NCBI GenBank assembly: GCA_041649555.1
Contig: JBAZMS010000001.1
Location: 331,122 to 395,121 of the forward strand
Source: Candidatus Micrarchaeia archaeon
GTDB lineage: Archaea; Micrarchaeota; Micrarchaeia; Anstonellales; Bilamarchaeaceae
DNA: 64,000 nucleotides
Direction: 5' to 3'
A program made the translations under genes and the position numbers. Below, piece by piece: positions 39,351 to 48,921 of the stretch (position 1 is the stretch's first letter; each line of letters opens with the position of its first letter). The notes below the pieces were generated by a model. It ran no database searches. It saw only the letters and a program-made list of their open reading frames with translations, and was not told where the DNA came from.

Positions 39351-39962
39351 ATGGCACTAAACCAGGCACAACTATTTAGACGCAAACAATTACTTGCTAA
39401 AAAACAATTAAGAGATTTCAATACTTTTCTTAAAAGGATTTTAAAATTTCCTATCTATATCGATCATATATCATATGATTCTGATCTTAAAACCAAACCC
39501 GCAAAATTAGAACATGCAGATAAAATCCAAAAAGTAACTGTCTGCTGTTATCATTATTCCTGTGATGCTGATTTAAATAAGATACTTGATGAAAATATAA
39601 CAATATCCATATTTTCAACTCAAAATGTTCCTTTTCCTGTTTCCATCTATAACTCATCGCTTACTTTCAAAAATCCGAATACCGTTTACCTGTTTGCACA
39701 ACAAGATTTAATAGATAGCGGCGTTTTAGAGATTGGCATTTTCAGATTAACAATTGAAAATCCATATTTTGGAATAATTTTTTCGGATATGCTGCGTCCT
39801 GTGGCCGATAATGGTCATATTGAGAATTTTAGAAAAATTCCATTAATGTTTAGCCTAAAAGAAGGAGAATTACTTTTTCAAGCGGGGTTTTCCAATCAAT
39901 TGCATACAAAATATATTAATTTGGACCAATTAAACAATGACTTAAAACCTTATGATTCATAA
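39351..39962 (+). CDS. Hypothetical protein (203 aa)
   Basis: ORF only. Confidence 0.35.
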   Translation: MALNQAQLFRRKQLLAKKQLRDFNTFLKRILKFPIYIDHISYDSDLKTKPAKLEHADKIQKVTVCCYHYSCDADLNKILDENITISIFSTQNVPFPVSIYNSSLTFKNPNTVYLFAQQDLIDSGVLEIGIFRLTIENPYFGIIFSDMLRPVADNGHIENFRKIPLMFSLKEGELLFQAGFSNQLHTKYINLDQLNNDLKPYDS

Positions 39963-39991
39963 TTTCCTATATAAAAATTTAGGTTATATTT

Positions 39992-40243
39992 ATGGATTTT
40001 GAAAAAAGAGCCAAAAAAGATATTGAAAAGCTTGAAAACTTTATAGAATATTCCAGATCTTTGAATTTTCATAAGAAATACCCTAAATTATTTGAACACA
40101 TTTTAAATTATAAAAAAGATTCCGAGCATTATTATTTTAAAAAAGATTATTTTTCCTCACTTGGCTGTGCCAATTATGCTTATGGAATTTTGGAAGGGCT
40201 ATTGTTTAATGAAAAAGGAAAATACTTTCATGAAATTATTTGA
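39992..40243 (+). CDS. Hypothetical protein (83 aa)
   Basis: ORF only. Confidence 0.3.
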   Translation: MDFEKRAKKDIEKLENFIEYSRSLNFHKKYPKLFEHILNYKKDSEHYYFKKDYFSSLGCANYAYGILEGLLFNEKGKYFHEII

Positions 40244-40655
40244 TTATTTTTTTAACCTCATCTAGAAATCTTTCTGCATCATTTATAGCCTCTGTCGCAA
40301 TTCCTTTTGAGCACACAGAGCCTTCATATTGAACCATACTTCTTGTTTGCCTATAATGTTGTCCAATTTCAGCAAATCTAACTATTACTTTATTATCCAA
40401 ATATTCATTTTTTATAAATTCAAACATGCAAAAATGGCTCCTTTCCTTGCACCCTTTCTTATAAAGCAATGCTCTTGCCGAATGAAAAATGCTTATATAC
40501 GCAGTAAGAAAAGATATGTCATATATTTCCGTACTAAAAACTATTTTTGCCTTTTTAAGATAGCTTTCTGCAATTTTTATCTGATTTAAAAGTTCTTCTC
40601 GCCCAACATATCCTTTTCTTAACTGCCCGGATTCAAAACACTCATCATAATTCAT
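40236..40655 (-). CDS. HEPN-domain protein (toxin component of a HEPN/MNT pair)
   Basis: R-x6-H motif (RFAEIGQHY), ~140 aa. 4-nt overlap with the upstream MNT gene. Confidence 0.65.
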   Translation of the reverse strand: MNYDECFESGQLRKGYVGREELLNQIKIAESYLKKAKIVFSTEIYDISFLTAYISIFHSARALLYKKGCKERSHFCMFEFIKNEYLDNKVIVRFAEIGQHYRQTRSMVQYEGSVCSKGIATEAINDAERFLDEVKKIIK

Positions 40656-41212
40656 ATTGCATTACCCCAAATCAAGACATTATTTTTTTTAACTGAATTA
40701 AAAAAATCCGTTTTCTCTCTTTCTATTTTTCTCCATCTATCTAATGGGATTGCCATAACATTTATTTCTCTTTCAAGCTTCGAGCCAATATGTAAAAAAT
40801 CTTCGTTATTTATTTTTTGTTCATTTGAGGTAATAACCAAAATATCAAGATCACTCTTATTTCCATAATCTCCTTTTGAAAAACTACCGTATAAGGCAAT
40901 CGACAATACATTTTTATTTTTTTCAATAAATGGCTTGAGATATTGTTGATCGGATGCCAAATACGGACCGATAAATTTTTTTAGAATTTTTATTCTCTGG
41001 TCTTTTTCATTTATATAATACTGATGAATATTCCCTATTTCTTTCTTATTTAGCAATCCCTCTTCTTTATACTCACTACAAAATTTTTGGGCAGTTCTTA
41101 ACCCTATTCCCAATCTTCTGCTCAATTCGTTTATATGAATTTTTATATTTGGGTTTAAAAGAAAATACTCTAGAACGCTCCAACCTTTAAACTTGTTCCA
41201 TTCTTTAATCAT
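40652..41212 (-). CDS. Minimal nucleotidyltransferase (MNT) with N-terminal winged-HTH (antitoxin component)
   Basis: GSFSKGDYGNKSDLDILVI matches the GSxxxGxxxxxSDxD nucleotidyltransferase motif. The N-terminus is wHTH-like. Confidence 0.7.
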   Translation of the reverse strand: MIKEWNKFKGWSVLEYFLLNPNIKIHINELSRRLGIGLRTAQKFCSEYKEEGLLNKKEIGNIHQYYINEKDQRIKILKKFIGPYLASDQQYLKPFIEKNKNVLSIALYGSFSKGDYGNKSDLDILVITSNEQKINNEDFLHIGSKLEREINVMAIPLDRWRKIEREKTDFFNSVKKNNVLIWGNAI

Positions 41213-41222
41213 ATTATATATG

Positions 41223-41234
41223 ATACGATCGTAT
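41223..41234. promoter_or_regulatory. Perfect 12-bp palindrome ATACGATCGTAT between the TATA-like box and the MNT start (candidate TA operator)
   Basis: Seen directly; sits 11-22 nt upstream of the MNT ATG on the minus strand. Confidence 0.35.
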
Positions 41235-41269
41235 ATTTTATAATATGTTCGTTTTTTTTTTATATAAAT

Positions 41270-42703
41270 TCATTTTAGACCAATAAGACTATTTTTTCTT
41301 CCATTAATTTCCATGCTAATCCCATCCACTCTTTGAGTTAATTCTCTAATAGTTAACTCCTTTGGTTTTAAAACCGGAGTTGAAAATGTCCAGTATTCGG
41401 GAAATAAAGTCCACGATCGCTCAATATCTATTGTTATTTCCCGTCTATCATATTTTGTACCCGGAAAGGGCTTTACAAATGAAAACATTACATTTGATGC
41501 TCCCTGCTCTTTAGCAAATTTTGCATATTCCAAAACAGCCTCCAGTGTTTTTTTTGTTTCCTGCACAAACCCAACCATTATTCCAATATAAAAATTAATT
41601 TTGTATCCACTAAGCATCTTAAACAAAATTTTAAGGGTATTTTTTACTTCCTCCTGCGCCTTTATTTTTCTATACTTTTCCTCATTATGCATTATTTCAA
41701 GTATTGGGTGCTCAATTGGAATAAAAACATTATAACATCCATTATCTGCCAGTTCTCTAACAAAATCTTCTGTTATCGATGGATAATATAATCCTGCATC
41801 AATAACCCATTTAAAACTTAAATTTCTAAGCTCTCTAAACAAAACTTTTCTTTCTTTTTCAGGCAATAATACAATCTGGTCATCTTCTATTGCCAAATTA
41901 TCAAATCTAAGTTCTCTTATTTTCCTTAACTGTGTTTTTATCCTTTCAGAAGAAAATATTCTTATTTTTCTTCCCCACATATCAGTGCTTGTACAAAATC
42001 TACATCCCATGGGGCAGCCCCTTGAAATTGAATAATCAATAAATGCACTGCTTTCTTTTGATATTTTTCCCCAATGATTAAGTTTTGGGATATAAAGGCC
42101 TGAATCCAATAAATCAAATGCAGGATCTTCCAATTCATCCATATTTTTTACTGTCCTGTCTCTGCCGGTATTAATAATTTTATCTTCTGATCTAAATGCA
42201 ATTCCTTTGATTTTTTTTAATTCTTTTAAACTTGTTTTTTGTTCTAAAATTGAATCAACCAATTCAATAAATGGCAATTCCCCTTCCCCAAGAACAATAT
42301 AATCCGCTTTAGTAAATTCAAGCATATACCCAGGCATATATGTTGCATGATGCCCTCCAAGAATAGTAATTGCACCAAGTTCTTTTGCAATTTTTGTACA
42401 TAAAGCAGCATTTTTCCATTCAGAGGTAAATATATTTGAAATTGCCACTAAATCCCCCTGTTTAATCCCTATCTTAATTAATTTATTTTTAAGTTCATCC
42501 GAAGTAAGTCCAAATCCAAATACCCCTTTTTTAATTTCCTGTTTTTCTTTTCCTTTAACAACCATATCAATAAAATGGATATCTACTTCTGGAAAGTATC
42601 TACGCACCATACCAGCTAGACTAAGTAGCCCTAGTGGAGTTCCAGCTCTTATAGGATCCTTATTCAAAACTGTTCTTGGGGGATTAATAAATGCAACCCT
42701 CAA
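41270..42703 (-). CDS. B12-binding-domain radical SAM protein (class B)
   Basis: N-terminal cobalamin-binding-like Rossmann region, then CPMGCRFC (CxxxCxxC). Confidence 0.75.
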   Translation of the reverse strand: MRVAFINPPRTVLNKDPIRAGTPLGLLSLAGMVRRYFPEVDIHFIDMVVKGKEKQEIKKGVFGFGLTSDELKNKLIKIGIKQGDLVAISNIFTSEWKNAALCTKIAKELGAITILGGHHATYMPGYMLEFTKADYIVLGEGELPFIELVDSILEQKTSLKELKKIKGIAFRSEDKIINTGRDRTVKNMDELEDPAFDLLDSGLYIPKLNHWGKISKESSAFIDYSISRGCPMGCRFCTSTDMWGRKIRIFSSERIKTQLRKIRELRFDNLAIEDDQIVLLPEKERKVLFRELRNLSFKWVIDAGLYYPSITEDFVRELADNGCYNVFIPIEHPILEIMHNEEKYRKIKAQEEVKNTLKILFKMLSGYKINFYIGIMVGFVQETKKTLEAVLEYAKFAKEQGASNVMFSFVKPFPGTKYDRREITIDIERSWTLFPEYWTFSTPVLKPKELTIRELTQRVDGISMEINGRKNSLIGLK

Positions 42704-43884
42704 TTTTTCACCTTTAATTTGCCCTGATAATTTTTATCTCCTGCAAACCTGTCGCACATGCAACCTGCCCGCCATCTCAAATCCGCTAGTTTTGCCCTGT
42801 GCCTTTGATGATTGAATCTAAGCTCCTCCAAATTATTTTCCTTAACTCTCATTTCTTTTTTTTCAATTCCGATAAGCTCAAGTTCCTTTCCTCCAATTGC
42901 CTGTGCTGGTCTTAAAATTCCCTCATTATCAACTATTGCAGTGTAAACTCTTCTTGTGCAACTTTGCCTTACATAATAAGGTTTGATCATTTCCTCTTGT
43001 TCTGAATTCAAATCCCAGTAATCCCCAAAAGCGTATCTTCCGCTATGAATTATCGGCTCAACATAAGTTTTCAATCCATTTTCAAATGCAAACGGGAGTA
43101 TTATTTCCATAACCTGCCCAAAATTTATCTTTGCACCAACTGTTTGAATCCCGATTCTTTCTTTTGAAAAGTAATCTAAAAGTATTTTGAGGCTTTTTGG
43201 GATGAAGATTTTTTTATCTTTAAACCCCACCTCGCAGAAGTGTCTGACGAATCTTTCCAAACCCATAAGCGGCCGGGTCATTTCAAAGAAAAGTTCCGGT
43301 TCTGTTGCCCAAAATTTAACCCATATATTTACAGGATATTCCCTTAATTTTTGTGCAAACTTTTCATCAATTGTAAGCCCATTTGTAAAAAATACCCATT
43401 CCATGCTATTTTCTTTTGCATACTGGGCAATTTTCCAAAACCTATCATCAAGTGTCGGCTCACCAATTCCTGAAGTATATATTGTTTTTGCGCCCATTTG
43501 CCTTGCTTGCTCAAGGATTTGAAAAGTTTCTCCCCATTCAATTTCTTCCTCACTTTTTTTCCGATCCACATAACATATTTGGCAGTCCATCTGGCAAGTG
43601 CCGGTGAGCATAAGTGCTAGAATCCGTAATACATTTTTTCTTACCTGTGTTATCTCATTTTCCAGTTTCATTGTTCCAAGTTTTTTTATCTCCTCAAGCT
43701 TTTCAACCAGTATTCCTTTAGAACATCCAGGGAACTGTTCTATAAGTTCAAATAGTTCTTTTTCACCCCCTTTTTTTCTTGCAGCGTAAAAATCAAACAA
43801 AAGATTATTCCGGTACAATTCCATAAGTTCTGTTTCTCCAAATATCTGTGCTCCGAATATGTTTAAGAAACCGAATTCCTTCAT
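42700..43884 (-). CDS. Radical SAM protein with ~95-aa N-terminal extension and Cys-containing C-terminus
   Basis: CQMDCQICYV radical SAM cluster motif. C-terminal CxC (AGCMCDRF). Confidence 0.7.
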   Translation of the reverse strand: MKEFGFLNIFGAQIFGETELMELYRNNLLFDFYAARKKGGEKELFELIEQFPGCSKGILVEKLEEIKKLGTMKLENEITQVRKNVLRILALMLTGTCQMDCQICYVDRKKSEEEIEWGETFQILEQARQMGAKTIYTSGIGEPTLDDRFWKIAQYAKENSMEWVFFTNGLTIDEKFAQKLREYPVNIWVKFWATEPELFFEMTRPLMGLERFVRHFCEVGFKDKKIFIPKSLKILLDYFSKERIGIQTVGAKINFGQVMEIILPFAFENGLKTYVEPIIHSGRYAFGDYWDLNSEQEEMIKPYYVRQSCTRRVYTAIVDNEGILRPAQAIGGKELELIGIEKKEMRVKENNLEELRFNHQRHRAKLADLRWRAGCMCDRFAGDKNYQGKLKVKN

Positions 43885-44537
43885 TTGCCCACCTTTTGTG
43901 CTACGACAAACCAGAAATCGGTTTTCTTCACTGATCTGATGATCATTTCTATCTCGTTACATGCCTGCACTAGTTTCAAATTCCACTTAAAAAATAATCT
44001 CCTTATTTCCTCCATGCTGAAAAAATGGAATATGCTACTAGTTCTTGGCATTTTGTAGTCGTTTTCTCCAACGCATTCACCTTTTCTGTATTCATTGTCC
44101 TGTGTTGAGAGAAAAGTCCAAATGGAAATTCCATTGTCTTTTAGTAATAAATTTGAATTTTCAATTATATTACTTCTTTCTTTTGAATCTAATAGATGAA
44201 GAACAAAATTGCAAAAAACAACATCATACCCTCCTAAGTATTCTGCTGGAAGCGATTTAGTCAGGTCTACTTTTGCAGTATTCTCCAATCCATAACTTTT
44301 TCTTGCATTTTCTAATGCAATATCAGATATATCAAATAATGTCGGGTTAGCCCCGATTTCTTTAAAAAATGCTGAATTTCTTCCATATCCTCCTCCCAGT
44401 TCTGCAATTTTTTTACCACCTTGTATATATCCTTCAAGTACTGCTAATTTTGCTGCATGGCTTGGATCAGCTCCCCATATTTTTCCTTCCGCATGATACC
44501 TGCTGTCCCAGATTAGTTTTTGTTTATGTGCATTCAT
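43881..44537 (-). CDS. Class I SAM-dependent methyltransferase
   Basis: Motif I ELGGGYGRN and post-I acidic residue. Confidence 0.75.
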   Translation of the reverse strand: MNAHKQKLIWDSRYHAEGKIWGADPSHAAKLAVLEGYIQGGKKIAELGGGYGRNSAFFKEIGANPTLFDISDIALENARKSYGLENTAKVDLTKSLPAEYLGGYDVVFCNFVLHLLDSKERSNIIENSNLLLKDNGISIWTFLSTQDNEYRKGECVGENDYKMPRTSSIFHFFSMEEIRRLFFKWNLKLVQACNEIEMIIRSVKKTDFWFVVAQKVGK

Positions 44538-44632
44538 GACATATTTTGTGTTTATTTTTTATATTAATTTTTTCTTTATTTTTTTCAACAAAATGATAAT
44601 ATTTATATATTTTTTCTAATAAATAAGTAAAT

Positions 44633-45625
44633 ATGTCAGAAAAAATCTCAAGGTTCAAATTTGATGCCATTGACCTTAAGTTGCTCTATGAGCTTGACTG
44701 CAATGCTTTTCAATCCCTCTCAAAAATTGCAAAAAAACTCAAAACAAAAAGGGATGTCCTTTTGTATAGAATCAAAAGGATGGAAAAAGAAGGGATAATC
44801 AAAGGATATATCGCATTAATTGATTATGGAAAAATAGGTTTTATGGCTGGCGTTATATACTTAAAATACCAGCATGAAAATGATAAGATTAAAAATGAAA
44901 TATTAGACTATTTTAATTCCGAGCCAAAGATATGGTGGGTTAATTCAAGGGATGGAAATTTTGATTTAGGAGCAGGGTTTTGGTTTAGAAATTTAAAGGA
45001 ATTTAGAAAAGCCCAGATCGAAATGATGAAAAAATATCTCTTTTATTTTAAGGAAATGAAGTCAAGAATATATACTCATATCCTGCAATTTCCAAGAAGA
45101 TACCTATCCAAAAATTTTCAGGATCTGCCTCCGGTGTCTATCTCCACCGAGGCCGATAAAATGACTGATGATACTGATGATAGGATTCTTTCAATTCTCT
45201 CGAAAAATGCCCGTATGCCGTATACGGAAATAGCAACCATTGCAAATCTTAGTGCAGCACAGGTCCATTATAGAATAAAGAATATGAAAAAAAACAGGGT
45301 TATTTTGGGTGCAAGACCAATGATTGACCGAAGTATGCTGGGATATCGATGGTATAAAGTCGATTTTTATCTGGATGATTGTTCCATAATGGATAAATTA
45401 AAAGCATATCTTTTAAGCCATCTAAATACAGTTTATGTATATGAGGCTGTAGGTGGGGCGGATATTGAGGTTGAATTTGAGGTAAAAAATCCAGAAGAAT
45501 TATCTAAAATAATAGGCCAGATAAAAAACAAGTTCCAAAATGCCATACGCTATACTGAATTTTATGAGTTTACAAAAGAGCATAAATTAATTTATTTTCC
45601 ACAGGCTTCACATTTCAGTCAATAA
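44633..45625 (+). CDS. Tandem Lrp/AsnC-family transcriptional regulator (two HTH_AsnC + RAM-like units)
   Basis: Two repeats of an AsnC-type HTH (DLKLLYELDCNAFQSLSKIAKKL... and DRILSILSKNARMPYTEIATIANL...). Confidence 0.6.
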   Translation: MSEKISRFKFDAIDLKLLYELDCNAFQSLSKIAKKLKTKRDVLLYRIKRMEKEGIIKGYIALIDYGKIGFMAGVIYLKYQHENDKIKNEILDYFNSEPKIWWVNSRDGNFDLGAGFWFRNLKEFRKAQIEMMKKYLFYFKEMKSRIYTHILQFPRRYLSKNFQDLPPVSISTEADKMTDDTDDRILSILSKNARMPYTEIATIANLSAAQVHYRIKNMKKNRVILGARPMIDRSMLGYRWYKVDFYLDDCSIMDKLKAYLLSHLNTVYVYEAVGGADIEVEFEVKNPEELSKIIGQIKNKFQNAIRYTEFYEFTKEHKLIYFPQASHFSQ

Positions 45626-46840
45626 GAACACATCCAACGGAATCATTGTTATTTTTTTTCCATCAATTATTTTTTCATCAAATGTGTTTTTTGTTATAAG
45701 CAATCCATTTTCTTTTTTATTTTTCCTTATAAAGTATAGCAAATTACTTAAATCTGCATTAATAATATCCGTTTGATATTTTACCTCGATAGGCTTTGTA
45801 TCCAGTATAAAATCAATCTCTCTTTTTTGCAGATCCCTGTAAAAACTAATTTTCTCTCTGCTTAATTTATCATAAACTGCAGTTTCAGCAGCCTGTCCGA
45901 TATTTGGATTTTCAGATAATGAACTATATATCGATGCTGTTTTTACAAAAATCTTTTTTTGTTTTTTTATAGCTTTCTGTAACGAACCTTTTGGATATAT
46001 TATATCAATCAAATATGCTTTTTTTAAGTATAACAAATAATCTGAAACAGTATGCCTGCTTATTCCAAGCGCCTCACTCATATTTACATCAGTAAATAAT
46101 TTTGAAGAATTGTTTGCGCAAATCCTAAGCAAATCATATAATTTTGATGGGTATTCTATCCTAAAAGTCGTTGGGATATCATCAAAAACAATTTTTTCTA
46201 TTGTAGTTGTTTTTATGTAATCCGTCGCCATCTTTTCATCCATTTTGATTATTTCCGGAAAAGAACCCTTTTTTAGAAATTCCTGGCATTCTTCAGCATA
46301 TCTTTTTTTTATCTTATATCTGTCATTTATTAATAATTTATCTAATTTTTTCCCGGTTAATTCAAGATATTCCCGAAAAAATAAAGGGGGCACATAATAT
46401 TCAAATAATCTGCCGCTAAGGCTTTCCATACCTTTTTTTATTAAAAGAGCTGAAGAGCCACTTACAATAAATCTTGCTTTTTTTTGGTCGTGGTATTTTT
46501 TTATAATCCCAGACCAGTCCCCAATTCTAAAAATTTCATCAAGTATTATCACTGGTTTTTCTTTTTCTTCAAGAAAGGAATCTATAACCTTTTTTAGTGC
46601 TTCTGCATTTAAATATTTTTTTTCATCAAATGAAAAATAAAAAGCTTTTTTTTCAAATAATTGTTTTATAAGGGTGGTTTTTCCAACCCTTCGCAAACCA
46701 GTTATTGCAATAATCAAGCCACTCTTAAATAAATTCTCAATATCGTAATAAGCATCTCTTTTATATTCTGGCAATTCCTCTTTTTCTCCTAAATTCATTG
46801 GGGAAAAATCCATTATTTCTTTTTTTGTAGGTATTGTCAT
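45608..46840 (-). CDS. AAA+ ATPase with C-terminal DUF4143/PD-(D/E)xK-like domain (paralog 2)
   Basis: Walker A GLRRVGKTT, Walker B ILDEIF, C-terminal REIDFIL...IEVKYQ. The true start is possibly the internal MDFSPM (leaderless). Confidence 0.75.
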   Translation of the reverse strand: MTIPTKKEIMDFSPMNLGEKEELPEYKRDAYYDIENLFKSGLIIAITGLRRVGKTTLIKQLFEKKAFYFSFDEKKYLNAEALKKVIDSFLEEKEKPVIILDEIFRIGDWSGIIKKYHDQKKARFIVSGSSALLIKKGMESLSGRLFEYYVPPLFFREYLELTGKKLDKLLINDRYKIKKRYAEECQEFLKKGSFPEIIKMDEKMATDYIKTTTIEKIVFDDIPTTFRIEYPSKLYDLLRICANNSSKLFTDVNMSEALGISRHTVSDYLLYLKKAYLIDIIYPKGSLQKAIKKQKKIFVKTASIYSSLSENPNIGQAAETAVYDKLSREKISFYRDLQKREIDFILDTKPIEVKYQTDIINADLSNLLYFIRKNKKENGLLITKNTFDEKIIDGKKITMIPLDVFLLTEM

Positions 46841-46850
46841 TATATATTAT

Positions 46851-46910
46851 AAGAGCACAAAACTTAAAAATGTGCTCTTATAAGAGCACAAAATCGAATA
46901 ATATGCTCTT
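46851..46910. promoter_or_regulatory. Palindromic half-site array: AAGAGCACA / TGTGCTCTT arranged as A-11nt-A'·A-13nt-A', including the perfect 20-bp palindrome TGTGCTCTTATAAGAGCACA (46871-46890)
   Basis: Seen directly. Located immediately upstream of the ATPase gene start and downstream of the B12-rSAM gene stop on the minus strand. Confidence 0.45.
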
Positions 46911-46928
46911 CATTTATTTTCCACAGGT

Positions 46929-48290
46929 TTAATCAATCTCTATTGGAACAATTATCTCTTCTTTCGTATATTTAATTTTATATCCCATCATATAATTTCT
47001 AAATCTTATTCCAATAACTGAAGCTATTCTGATGAATGCCAATTTGAATGAACTGCTGTTTTTTATCATTCTCAAAATCTCCTTTAATGTTCCAGTGATT
47101 GTTTGTGCAGTCCGATTTACAGTTCTAAAAATTTCCCTTGTTTTTTTTATACCCATTTCAGTGTTTACGACTACATCGTGCCGGTTATACCTAAAGAAAT
47201 TATTTTCTAGTATACTGCCTGATTTCTTCAGAGTCTCAAAATCCCGCGTTCCCGGATAAGGCGCATACATATGAAAAACACCTGTTAGATTATTTTCTCT
47301 AAATACTTTTGCCATTTCCAAAAGGCTGTTTTCATCCTGTTTTGGATGTCCGATTATTGCAGAATTCAAAACAAAAGCTCCATTCATTTGCTCCAAAACT
47401 CCAAAACCATTTTTCTTTCCCCGCAGTTCCACTAATTTTGGATCTTCATATCCAGTGAGAAATCCGATGCAAGTTCTTGACATAAGATCCCATATCCCGG
47501 GATTTTCAATTAGTTCTTTTGATGATCCCTCACCAGTCCAGAACTTTCCTTTCTTTTCAAGATATCCAAATATCTTTTCTAAATATTCAGGAGGATATAA
47601 TGATATATTGGGGTCTACAAAAAGTATCCTTGTTCCAACTCGGTCTAATTCCTCAATGACCTGTTCTGGATTTCGTATCCTTACTTTTTTGCTGCTTGGG
47701 GGCATCCCACAAAAACTGCATCCATGGGTGCACCCCCGTCCAAGCTCTGCAGAATACATAATTCCACTTGGCTTGTATGTTGCATCTGGAATAATATACT
47801 CATTTTTCAAATCTACTATTGGAGCTGTATATATCTGTCCGGTTTTTCCATCAATAGCATCATTTATTATTCTTAATATACTTCCTTCGCATTCCCCAAC
47901 AAAAATATTAGCATATGGAAACATTTTGCTGATTTTTTGTGGAATTAAGCTTGGAATCTGCCCTCCAATTATCAATGTTTTAAATTTTGCCCTTATCATT
48001 TCAATATTTGTTACCAGATACCCCAAGGCAATAGGGTCATTTATAGATATTAAAGCAGCTTGCGAATTGTCAGCTCCTTTAAGATCCCTCTTACTTGAAA
48101 GTTCGTATACTTTTGGTTCAAAATCACACTTTCGTATTTGAGTAGTTATTATTCTGTCAGTTATATCCACACCCCTATAAGTAATCCATTTTGCAATAGT
48201 TGATGGAGTTAATATATTTTCCTGCGTGATTTTCTTTCTTATCAATACTGCTATTTGTTCTTTTCTGTGTAGTTGGGCCATATCAGTCAT
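46929..48290 (-). CDS. B12-binding-domain radical SAM protein (second copy)
   Basis: CTHGCSFC cluster motif plus an N-terminal B12-binding-like domain. Confidence 0.75.
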   Translation of the reverse strand: MTDMAQLHRKEQIAVLIRKKITQENILTPSTIAKWITYRGVDITDRIITTQIRKCDFEPKVYELSSKRDLKGADNSQAALISINDPIALGYLVTNIEMIRAKFKTLIIGGQIPSLIPQKISKMFPYANIFVGECEGSILRIINDAIDGKTGQIYTAPIVDLKNEYIIPDATYKPSGIMYSAELGRGCTHGCSFCGMPPSSKKVRIRNPEQVIEELDRVGTRILFVDPNISLYPPEYLEKIFGYLEKKGKFWTGEGSSKELIENPGIWDLMSRTCIGFLTGYEDPKLVELRGKKNGFGVLEQMNGAFVLNSAIIGHPKQDENSLLEMAKVFRENNLTGVFHMYAPYPGTRDFETLKKSGSILENNFFRYNRHDVVVNTEMGIKKTREIFRTVNRTAQTITGTLKEILRMIKNSSSFKLAFIRIASVIGIRFRNYMMGYKIKYTKEEIIVPIEID

Positions 48291-48327
48291 AAATATTGTG
48301 TTAATAAATATTTAAAAATAGAACTAT

Positions 48328-48921
48328 TTATTCTTCAAACTCCACTGCCTCATAGAAAAAGAACTTCATTCCCGGTTTTTTCCACTCATCTCCCATTAAT
48401 CCTGCCTTCATACACAAATGGGATAAAAATTCCTCTTTGGTTTTTAATTCCTCCCAAACAACAGGAAGAAAAGTTGCCCTGCTCCAGCCTCTTTGTATAA
48501 TCACCCCGTGTTTTTTCGGAACAAGTTTTTTTAACAAGTCTTTATAATCCTTAATCTCAATTTCAACAGGTTTGGTTAAAATAGAAATGCTTATTTTAAT
48601 ATCTTTTAACTCTTCCAAGGTTAAAGGCTTAAATCTTGGATCTTCAAATGCAGCGCTCACTGCATTGTTTACAACATCTAAAACCAAAGGTCTTGTTGCC
48701 TCAAGCATTCCAATGCATCCGCGAAGAGAGTTATTTTTTCTATTATGCAAACTTACAAAACAGGCTCCATTTTCAACAAGTTTTTTCGAAGGAATTTCTC
48801 CAGGATCCGGATCAATTATTTTTTCAGTTTTCAAATAATTTTCAATAGAGCTTCTTGCAAGATTTAGCAAATATCCTTTCTCTTTTTTATTATATTCATT
48901 CATAGAAGGCATAACATCCAT
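48328..48921 (-). CDS. AMMECR1-domain protein (AmmeMemoRadiSam system protein A)
   Basis: LRGCIG motif and ~190 aa length. Confidence 0.8.
   Translation of the reverse strand: MDVMPSMNEYNKKEKGYLLNLARSSIENYLKTEKIIDPDPGEIPSKKLVENGACFVSLHNRKNNSLRGCIGMLEATRPLVLDVVNNAVSAAFEDPRFKPLTLEELKDIKISISILTKPVEIEIKDYKDLLKKLVPKKHGVIIQRGWSRATFLPVVWEELKTKEEFLSHLCMKAGLMGDEWKKPGMKFFFYEAVEFEE

Noticed and set aside
37582-41212. Claim that the ankyrin/HEPN island has deviant GC content
   Set aside because: By eye the composition is not clearly different from flanking genes. This was not asserted without a computed k-mer/GC profile.
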